From NCBI GenBank assembly GCA_002269645.1, contig NIVC01005204.1, positions 1 to 21,573 on the forward strand: 21,573 nt of DNA, in the 5' to 3' direction. The notes under the pieces were generated by a model. The model was not told the DNA's origin. It worked only from the letters and a program-made list of their open reading frames with translations, and did no database searches. Positions 8,591 through 21,573 of the stretch are shown here, one piece after another; the stretch's first letter is position 1, and each line of letters begins with the position of its first letter. This DNA comes from Macrostomum lignano. Taxonomy: Eukaryota. Both the position numbers and the translations under genes were made by a program.

Positions 8591-8713
8591 CTGTTTGCGA
8601 TTATTCCCTTATGTCAGTTAATAAATGCATAGTTAACTAATCGTCTATGGTTCAAACGCCTGCTAAAGCTGAAATAATGGCCAGTTGAGTTTGTCATTAC
8701 GCCAGGCTGTCTT
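8591..8713. repeat. ~125-bp inverted repeat, right arm (partner 4170-4294)
   Basis: Reverse complement of 4170-4294; contains GTCTATGG (8643) and GAAATAATGGCC. Confidence 0.9.
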
Positions 8714-8918
8714 AAGGATAATTTCAAAACCATATTCAAAACTCTCTCTTTTGCCTTTCGCTGTTTTTGTGCTGTTTCTGTTAAAATTTCAACAAAAATT
8801 ATTTGTTTGGCCGCCGAAAATTGCACGAACTTTTTCAATCCCGAAAAAACTAAAAGATAAATGCTATTAAAAAACGAGCAAAAATTAAAGAGAAAAAAGC
8901 AAATCTAATGATTGAAAC

Positions 8919-9623
8919 TTACTCAAATTCTGGCTCTTTCGGTGGTTTTTCCAAAGCAGATGAACTTTTAGTTACTTTTTTACTCCAACAACAACAACAA
9001 AGTACACTGGAGTTTTGACTCCCAATATACTCAGAATTGGCGTCATCTTGTTGTGCATTGGTGAGTAGGTTCACAATTTTGTGGTGACCATTCTGTGATG
9101 CAATGTTGAGAGGTGAACAGCCATGAACATTTTCTTGAAGATTGACGTCAGCTTCTGCTTTGATGAGTGAGCTCACAACTTGGTGGTGACCATTCTGTGA
9201 TGCAATGTAGAGAGGTGAGCAGCCATCGACTTCTTGAAGATTGACGTCAGCTTGTGCTTTGATGAGTGAGCTCACAACTTGGTGGTGACCCTTCGCTGAT
9301 GCAATGTAGAGAGGTGAGCAGCCATCGCTTCGTTGAAGATTGACGTCAGCTCTGGCTTGAATGAACATTTCGATAATTTTGACTTTTCCCATTTCACATG
9401 CAATGTGAAGCGATGAGAATGTCATCTCATTGATACTGAAGAGCCTATCAACGTTAGAAGCCATCTGCAGGTATCGTGAAATTTTAGTTTCATTTTCGAG
9501 CATAATGGCTTCCAGTATCTCCTGCTCAGTGCCATCGAGGCCCTCGCTTTGGCTTGCGGACCTGCCGAAGTTCTGCATCAGAACTGCTGCAATCGCTGTC
9601 AGAATTCTCCAAAGAGCTTCCAT
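8919..9623 (-). CDS. Intronless ankyrin-repeat protein, 234 aa, 4 ANK repeats
   Basis: LHIACEMG, SPLYIASAKGH, SPLYIASQNGH and SPLNIASQNGH repeats with ADVN linkers; hydrophobic N-terminus; C-terminal CCCCW. Confidence 0.85.
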   Translation of the reverse strand: MEALWRILTAIAAVLMQNFGRSASQSEGLDGTEQEILEAIMLENETKISRYLQMASNVDRLFSINEMTFSSLHIACEMGKVKIIEMFIQARADVNLQRSDGCSPLYIASAKGHHQVVSSLIKAQADVNLQEVDGCSPLYIASQNGHHQVVSSLIKAEADVNLQENVHGCSPLNIASQNGHHKIVNLLTNAQQDDANSEYIGSQNSSVLCCCCWSKKVTKSSSALEKPPKEPEFE

Positions 9624-10229
9624 TTCGGCTCGGTATCGGTGCTGTGGAATGCGGAGAGCGCCGCATTTTGCTGGTATTTATCTATTTTTGCTCATTTGCG
9701 TCACAATTGACTGCCATTGGCAGCGCTGCCACCGTCCAATTGAAATAAATGAGGTTTGGGTGCGGTTCGGCTTGGCTACAGACTAATTGCTATCGTAGCT
9801 GCTGCTTTGCTACTTAAAGTAGCAGCTTGATGCCAGTAGGAGGAACGTATTTATCAAGTATGCAGCTCATGTGCATGGCGGTGGCTAGCTGTGAGTTCAA
9901 CCTCATGAACTCTGATGAAGTTCAACCTCACATGACAAACCCAGGTGTAGTGCGAATACAGGAATCTGATTCTTTAACGAATCCGATTAAAATTTGCCAA
10001 ATTAGTTTTAGACCAAGAATGAAAACACCTGCCTGTAAATCTGGAATCGAACAAGAGTTTCTTATTTTTATGCCCGCAGTGCAAAAGCAAGTCGAACTGT
10101 CCCTGAGCAGGTCCTCGACATCGCTGCAGAATCTGTCTGCCGTGTGAGGCTGGCTGCCTTCGGGCTTTGCTAACACAGCCGCTCTGTCTGGCGAAATCTT
10201 TTGTTACAACAATGCTGCGTTTGATTTTT

Positions 10230-11865
10230 GGATCTTCTACCAGTCTAACAACAAGATGAACCAGTCAAGGCAAAGTTCAATGTGAAAGTCAGGAATCGCG
10301 ATTTCGACAACAAGAAGTCGAACAAACTAAGACCAAGTGGGAGTGAACGAAGGTGCAAAAGAAGCCATTCCATTGAAGACGAAGCAGAAATGCAAGAAGT
10401 GGATGACAGACGAAATCCTTCTGCTCATGGAAGACAAAAGTGTACATGAAGCTAGACTGAAGAATTAGGCCGCAATGTGCACTGAAGAATAATGGGCAAT
10501 TGGCTAAATTAGAGATGTGAAGAGATTGAGAAGCAGAAGGACAGAAACCTGACTGATATGCATTCCAATGTAGCTGCATCAGGTTGCAGCATTGGAAACG
10601 AGAAGGTGCTGAAGCAATGGTCTGATCTGTCACCGATCTCTTCCATGATCACAGCAGTGAGCAGCCCAACCTCAGAAAGGAGCCACGTGGACCAGCAATC
10701 TGGAAATCGGAAGTCAGAGAGATGCCATTGTGAGCATGTAATTGAACAAATTGAACAAAAGATATGAGTCAGCCAAGCTTCATTGCCATGCCAAAAAGAC
10801 GGGAGCAACTGAATGCGAATGAGCCACGTTACCAAGGTGCTGATAAGGGTTCTGATGATGGGAGCGTGAAGTAGATTACGACCGTGCGTCCAGAAGTCTT
10901 TGAAGTTCAGTGCGGCTTTGCTGGAGACTGTGAAACACGAACTGCCATCTTCGAATTGTTCGAATGCTTAGTGAAAGAGCTGTTGAAATGAAGAAGAATC
11001 TGTATTTTTCTTTGAGCTATCTATACTAAGTAAGAGCTTTCGACAGTGTCAGACACAAAGAACTGATGAAGATGTTAGAATAAATTTACATTAATGGAAA
11101 AGACACTTGAGTTCTCAATAATCTGTATTAGAAGCAAGGTACTGCTGTAAGAATGTCAAAGTTTGCGCAGATTAAGACAGTTGTTCTTAAGAAATTAAGC
11201 TCAGAGAAGTTGCAAGAAATTCTGAACAGGGTGAGCGGTATTGGAAAGTAAGAAGATGTGTTCAAGGATTGCATGGTTTGTTCCCAAACAGAAGAGAGAA
11301 CCATTCAAGGAAGCAAAAAATTCAACTATATTTGGGAAGTGTGATTACTTCGAAAGGAAAAGGTGAACAGAAAATCAAATGAAGAATCAGAATAGCATGG
11401 GATTCCTTCCAACAGCTGAACAAAATCCTGAAAAACAGGAAAGTCAATCTGAAGACCAAGTTAAGAATCCTTGACTGCTGTGTTCTCCTTGTTCTGAACT
11501 ACGGCTCAGAATGCTGGACAATATCATCAGCAATGGATAGAAGAGTGAAGAGTCGAGACAATGGAGTTGTGGATCTTGAAGCGCATCCTGAGAGTGAGCT
11601 GGACCAGTCACACACCGAGTGAAGATGCTCTGCAGAAGAAACTTGATGGCGAACATTCGGAGACTGCAAGTGGTGCTCTTTGGCCCTATGATGAGTAAGA
11701 CTGGGAAGATTGAACAAAAAATTTAAGGAGACAGCGAATCACCTTTCTGTCTCGATGTATGAACATGAACAGCCTGGAAAGACTCCACGCCTCAAAGGAC
11801 CGTGCTTTGTGGAAGACTGCGGTCGCCAAGGTCCTTCCGTCAATATGGCACCTAGAGAGGAGTAG
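10230..11865 (+). mobile_element. Decayed, 5'-truncated RTE-clade non-LTR retrotransposon (RT pseudogene)
   Basis: Cross-frame motifs KWMTDEIL (~10400), AFDSVRH (~11036), YLGSVIT (11329), LNYGSECWT (~11494) and ELWILKRILRVSW, with many stops and frameshifts. Boundaries approximate. Confidence 0.85.
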
Positions 11866-12145
11866 TGCTTTCCGGCTGAGAACTTACTAGTAATGAGAAG
11901 AGCTTCAACTGTGAACTGGCCTTCTCCTTCATAGCGAAACTTTCACAAAGTTGCAAGGCGTTACCGTCACGTTCACGAGTCTAAAAGACGTCAACTGAAG
12001 AAGGCAATCCCAAAAATGTTTTTGGACTGATTGGGGCAACTCACTTCATCAATCGTGCATTGCAGCGAATTGTGCCAATCAAAAAACTCTTCTTGGCGCT
12101 TTCCAAATTTGGCACAACAGGAAAGTTCGACAAGTGAGAGATTAC

Positions 12146-15801
<3,656 letters not shown>

Positions 15802-16263
15802 ATCTCATCATCATCATCATCATCATCATCCATCTATCACATCATCATCATAGAAAGCTCCCTAGCGCAAAACTACTTTCAAATTTATATCCACAACAAA
15901 AATTTTTGTGAAAAATCTGTATTTATGCATTAATCATATATTATATTTTCACAGAAACACAATATTACAAGCTAAGATAAGCTGACATGAAGCTAACAAT
16001 GTATATTTTTTTAATATATACGAACTTTGCATGTATGTAATAATGGTTCGATTATAACATTTCTACTAATGATACTATTAAAAGTACACAATAATGCTAA
16101 GAATCATGTACAAGACTAAACTGATACAACTGACACAGACATTATATTTTTAAAATAAATTCATTAAAAGTTTTTTTGATTAAAAGTTACTATTTAGGAG
16201 TTATTTACCCTCCACTAATTAGTGGAGTCTGAAGGACAACACTGGGGCGCGTTAACAATATTT

Positions 16264-16665
16264 ACTGTCTCCCTCTCACTGTCTCCTTCTCACTGTCTCC
16301 CTCTCACTGTCTCCCTCTCACTGTCTCCCTCTCACTGTCTCCTTCTCACTGTCTCCCTCTCACTGTCTCCTTCTCACTGTCTCCCTCTCACGGTCTCCTT
16401 CTCACTGTCTCCCTCTCACTGTCTCCCTCTCACTGTCTCCCTCTCACGGTCTCCTTCTCACTGTCTCCCTCTCACTGTCTCCCTCTCACTGTCTCCTTCT
16501 CACTGTCTCCCTCTCACTGTCTCCCTCTCACTGTCTCCCTCTCACTGTCTCCCTCTCACTGTCTCCCTCTCACTGTCTCCCTCTCCTTGTCTCCCTCTCA
16601 CTGTCTTCCTATCATTGTCTCCCTCTCACTGTCTCCCTCTCACTGTAACCTTCTCACTGTCTCCC
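16264..16665. repeat. 14-bp minisatellite ACTGTCTCC(C/T)TCTC, ~29 copies
   Basis: Direct reading. Confidence 0.95.
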
Positions 16666-16983
16666 TTATAACAAGTTACCATTTCAAGTTACCAATGTTA
16701 CAGTATTTGAACACTGGGCGCTGAAAAGACAGACACGGAAAAGTTTGCAGAAATTTTAGTGCACATCAATACTATAGCAATTCTAATACTAGGCCTGGAT
16801 TAACAATTATCAAATCTGTTCATACTTCAGTAATAAACATTCTAGAGACAAACACGACTAAGCGCAAAACAAGCAATAAATATTTTGTGACTAAACAACC
16901 CGCCGAGGACCTCTAAGATCTGGACTGAAAATAAAAGTAGTCTAGTAGTATAAAAGATACTAAATAGTCTAGTATCTGCTAAA

Positions 16984-17044
<61 letters not shown>

Positions 17045-17045
17045 G

Positions 17046-17082
<37 letters not shown>

Positions 17083-17103
17083 ATAACTAACTAACTAACT
17101 AAA

Positions 17104-17172
<69 letters not shown>

Positions 17173-17173
17173 G

Positions 17174-17255
<82 letters not shown>

Positions 17256-17256
17256 G

Positions 17257-17300
<44 letters not shown>

Positions 17301-17301
17301 G

Positions 17302-17338
<37 letters not shown>

Positions 17339-17339
17339 A

Positions 17340-17408
<69 letters not shown>

Positions 17409-17409
17409 G

Positions 17410-17451
<42 letters not shown>

Positions 17452-17452
17452 G

Positions 17453-17494
<42 letters not shown>
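16984..17494. repeat. (TAAC)n microsatellite, ~128 units
   Basis: Direct reading; occasional TGAC, TAAA and CGAA variants. Confidence 0.98.
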
Positions 17495-17649
17495 ACTAAA
17501 CTAAGCTAAAAAACTTACTACCTAATTAGAAAACTAACTATACCAATAACTTTTGACCATTTTCAATCCAAGTCTTCTAAGGTCCTTGAACACAGACTCT
17601 CAAACCGACGCAGCTTTCCGTTCCCAATCCCTTCTGTCAAGCGACTCCG

Positions 17650-18675
17650 TCAGTCGCGGTGGCTTCTGGACAGAGCGGTCATCTGGTACTCCTCAGTCGG
17701 CAGGAACGGATCGTCCAGAGTCTCGCTGATGCCCACCTCAGCGACACCGGCCAGGGAGAGTCCGCTTGGACCGGCGCCGCCGCTGCCACCGCCACAGCCG
17801 CCTTCTCCACCGCTGATGCCGAAGCCTCTGACAACTCGGCTGGCTCCGCTGCTTCTCTCTGTGGCTCTCGAAATTTCGTTGCGACCTCCGCGACCGACGC
17901 TGCCAACGCCACCGCCTCGGCGACCGCCGCCGCCATAAGCGGCGCCGTTTCTACCGACGCCCGCGCCTCTCCCTCCAGCGCCTCCGCCGCCTCCGCCTCC
18001 GCCGCCAACGCCAGCTGCAGCGCGACAAGCTGTCGGAAGGGCGGCGCCGGCTGTTCGACGAAAATTGCGGCTCAGACAGACGAAGATCAAAAAGTTGCAG
18101 GCGGTGTCCAGCGACACCAGCGTGTCGTTGAAGCTGAAGAACCAGTCGGCGGTGGTGAACTGCTGCCAGTCGAACATCAGCATCACGGCTCCTGGCGCTT
18201 CGAACACGCAGAAGGTCACCGCCAGGCAGAGCACGATCGCCGTTGCTATGCGAGTGTTCCGACGCTGATTCTGAGCCATGTCGCTTCCGGCTGGCGTTGG
18301 AAGCAGCTGGTTCTGCTGTTGCTGTTGCTGCTGATGCTGCTGCTGCTGCTGCAGGAGAAACGGTCTGTAGGTAGCGTAGAGAAAAGCAGCCATCACAATG
18401 GAACTGATCAACACCACTGGTATGGGTATGCCGGACTGGAATATCCGGGACATTCTCAGCAGCTCCTGGAACCGGGATCTCGGATAGGCGATGAACAGGA
18501 CGCAGAAGGTGAGCGAGATGAGCAGCACCAGGTTGAAGACGGCCAGCTGGGCGCACCTGGTCAGACGGTTGCGCACTGCGATGGGGCTCAGGGTGGCCAA
18601 GGTGCGGAACAGAGTCACGCAGGTGGTCCACTGGTTGCGCTGCAGCATGGCCGCGTTCGCGAATGCGTATAGGAT
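17650..18675 (-). CDS. Terminal exon (TM3-TM7 and C-tail) of a class A GPCR, FMRFamide/sex-peptide-receptor/Srw-like
   Basis: QWTTCVTLFRTLATLSP (TM3), GIPIPVVL (TM5), LCLAVTFCVFEAP (TM6), LDTACNFLIFVCLSRNFRR (TM7/H8). An acceptor CCCTGCAG on the minus strand at 18676-18683 extends the frame by 9 codons (ILYAFANAA). TM1-2 exons were not found in the window. Confidence 0.82.
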   Translation of the reverse strand: MLYAFANAAMLQRNQWTTCVTLFRTLATLSPIAVRNRLTRCAQLAVFNLVLLISLTFCVLFIAYPRSRFQELLRMSRIFQSGIPIPVVLISSIVMAAFLYATYRPFLLQQQQQHQQQQQQQNQLLPTPAGSDMAQNQRRNTRIATAIVLCLAVTFCVFEAPGAVMLMFDWQQFTTADWFFSFNDTLVSLDTACNFLIFVCLSRNFRRTAGAALPTACRAAAGVGGGGGGGGGAGGRGAGVGRNGAAYGGGGRRGGGVGSVGRGGRNEISRATERSSGASRVVRGFGISGGEGGCGGGSGGAGPSGLSLAGVAEVGISETLDDPFLPTEEYQMTALSRSHRD

Positions 18676-18720
18676 CTGCAGGGTTGTGGAGCTTTCTGGG
18701 GTTAGTGAAGAAGTCTAGCT

Positions 18721-19512
18721 TAAGGTCATTTGGCTTGGATTCTCAAGGTCATTTGGTTTGGATTCTCCAAAGTCATCTGGTTTGGATTCCCCAAGGTCAT
18801 TTGGTTTGGATTCTCCAAAGTTTGGTTTGGATTCTCCAAAGTCATTTGGTTTGGATTCCCCAAGGTCATTTGGTTTGGATTCTCCAAAGTCATTTAGTTT
18901 GGATTCCCCAAGGTCATTTGGTTTTGATTCTCCAAAGTCATTTAGTTTGGATTCCCCAAGGTCATTTGGTTTGGATTCTACAAGGTCGCACAGTTTATAT
19001 TCTTCAAGGTCATTTGGTTTGGATTCCCTAAGTTCACTTGTTTTGGATTTACCACGGTCTCTAAGGATACTGAGTTTAGATTCTCCAAGGTAAGTTACTC
19101 GTAGTTTTGGATTCCTTAAGCACTTTGGTTTGGTTTGGATTCCCCAGGTCATTTGATTTGGATTCCCCAAGGTCATTTGGTTTGGATTCCCCAGGTCATT
19201 TGGTTTGGATTCCCCAAGGTCATTTGGTTTGGATTACTTAAGGTTATTTGGTTTGGATTCCCCAAGGTCATTTGGTTTGGATTCCCCAAGGTCATTTGGT
19301 TTTGATTGGGTTTAAGGTCATTTGGTTTGGATTGGATTGGATTATTGGATTATTTATTGGATTAAATTGGATTATTTACTTAAGGCGATTTGGTTTGGAT
19401 TTCCCAAGGTTGTTCGGTTTAGATTCCCCAAAGCCATTTGGTTTGGATTTCCCAAGGTTATTTTGTTTGGATTCCCCAAGGGCACTTGGGCCGGAATTTC
19501 CCCTGGGTCATT
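18721..19512. repeat. 24-bp minisatellite CCAAGGTCATTTGGTTTGGATTCC, interrupted and decaying
   Basis: Direct reading; lies in the predicted GPCR intron. Confidence 0.93.
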
Positions 19513-20132
19513 TGAATTGAACTGTTTAATTTCGATTTCGTAACAATATAAAAAATTTCGATAATTTTTATGTGTCCGATGCTTAAGTCGCGTTCCTAGT
19601 ATAATTATTTGCTCAAAAATTGTCACTGCATTGATCTACCAGAATCACTCGTACGATCGTAGCATCTCACGATGGGATCCGTCTCCACAAATCCCCCAGA
19701 TCCATCCTGTCAGCGTCTTTGTCACCTTTTCTTCTGCTGTTGTGTTTGATTTATTTGGGCAGCTCCCGAAGTTCCGCCCCAGAGACTGCATAAGCTGCTT
19801 TGCACTTCTCAGCACAGGATGTGACAGCTTGGATCCCGGATCTTAGCTGGATATTTTGTAGCTCAGCCAGTTGACTGGGGAATTGACTCAGTCAGTCATT
19901 ACAGTTGATTCAGGTTAAAGCATCGAGTCTACATTCGATTTTCTCAGAAATGATCACTGACTGAAACTTCATTTAGCACAATGCATTCTCTCTAGGCGTA
20001 GGGGTTGGCAATTTTTTATCTCAATTGCCAGATAGACAAACTAGAGCATGACTGCGGGGAGAGGAGAGGAAATCGAAAATAGAGATGGGAAATGGGAAAT
20101 GGGAGAAAGGAGAGGCGAGGAAATAAAGAAGA

Positions 20133-20175
20133 GAGAAGAGAAGAGAAGAGAAGAGAAGAGAAGAGAAGAGAAGAG
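20133..20175. repeat. (GAAGA)n microsatellite
   Basis: Direct reading. Confidence 0.95.
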
Positions 20176-20804
20176 ATGAGAGCCACATGCAGCCGGTAGA
20201 CGGAGTTTGCCAGCCGCAGCTCCAGGGCATACTAAATGTGCCGGAAAGTCGAGTTGTAGCATCTGGGTGCTTGACAGACAGACAGAACGAGTCTTCCAAT
20301 GTAAAAAGTCAATGCTCCTCAGACAGAAAAGCTGGGACTCAGAAAGGAAAAGCCATAGATGTGCTTGCAGAGATTGTCTTTCAGAAGCAGCAATGACCGG
20401 CAAAGCTGCACTTTAACATTGAGTTATTAATGGTTTTGAAAGCAGCGAAGCCATAAGCTATGGTCGCGACATTGACTGCCCTCAGTGGCAGCCCTAAGAA
20501 AGTCTGCCCTCATGGCATTCTCATATGGCCTCCGCATGAGTTCCTAATCAAATGCTTCGGTCAACAAAGTATGAGAAACATTTTCCATTGGAAGTCTGCC
20601 GCCATATTTTACATGAAATTTAACTGTGCCCGAAAATGCGAACTCGGGATTGCAGCACGGGTGCTCGAGTGTGACATGAGCTGCGGGCCTGCAGAGTGCA
20701 TTTCTATCGTGATTTAAAGTCTGCTTTAACCAGTGGGCGCGAAATCTGGGATTTTGGATAGGAGAGATGGATGAAACTGAAAAAAGGCAGGGAGAGATCG
20801 CACA

Positions 20805-21517
<713 letters not shown>

Positions 21518-21573
21518 ACGGCGCAACTACAAGCTGCAAGCTAAAGCGAAAAGCCCTACCGACCCGCCACCTC

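Noticed and set aside
9827-10176. Short ORFs upstream of the RTE remnant
   Set aside because: No recognisable motif on either strand; left unassigned.
16984-17494. (TAAC)n as telomeric repeat
   Set aside because: The complement is (TTAG)n, not TTAGG or TTAGGG, and it is interstitial with unique flanks.
17659-18672. 337-aa antisense ORF over the GPCR
   Set aside because: Expected shadow of a GC-rich exon with codon bias; no independent domain.
19620-20720. Possible upstream GPCR exons (TM1-2)
   Set aside because: The frames I read on the minus strand gave no convincing transmembrane segments; the exons probably lie beyond the window.

Overview
Eukaryotic, repeat-rich invertebrate DNA. A Macrostomum-like flatworm is only a guess, based on the huge simple repeats and GC-rich exon. 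Roughly 40% of the window is tandem repeat: a 42-bp satellite, 3.65 kb of (TATC)n, (TAAC)n, (CAGA)n, and 14-bp and 24-bp minisatellites. Most ORF-track entries are translations of these repeats. The core (~3.3-8.7 kb) is a nest of Crypton-type tyrosine-recombinase DNA transposons: one full-length gene (6413-7760 spliced to 7863-7945), two internally deleted relatives in the same orientation that keep the same intron, and several palindromes/MITEs. Two copies are bounded by ACAAT direct repeats with imperfect internal TIRs. Excising the full-length copy at ACAAT rejoins a split palindrome. Three palindromes of unrelated sequence share one strand-specific DNA hairpin fold (stem, CGAG/CGAG tandem G.A mismatch, GC stem, G(G)TA loop), which suggests folded-ssDNA recombination sites. 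Also present: an intronless ankyrin gene convergent on the nest, a decayed RTE LINE lacking its RT core, and the TM3-TM7 exon of a divergent class A GPCR. All alignments were done by eye; no searches were run.
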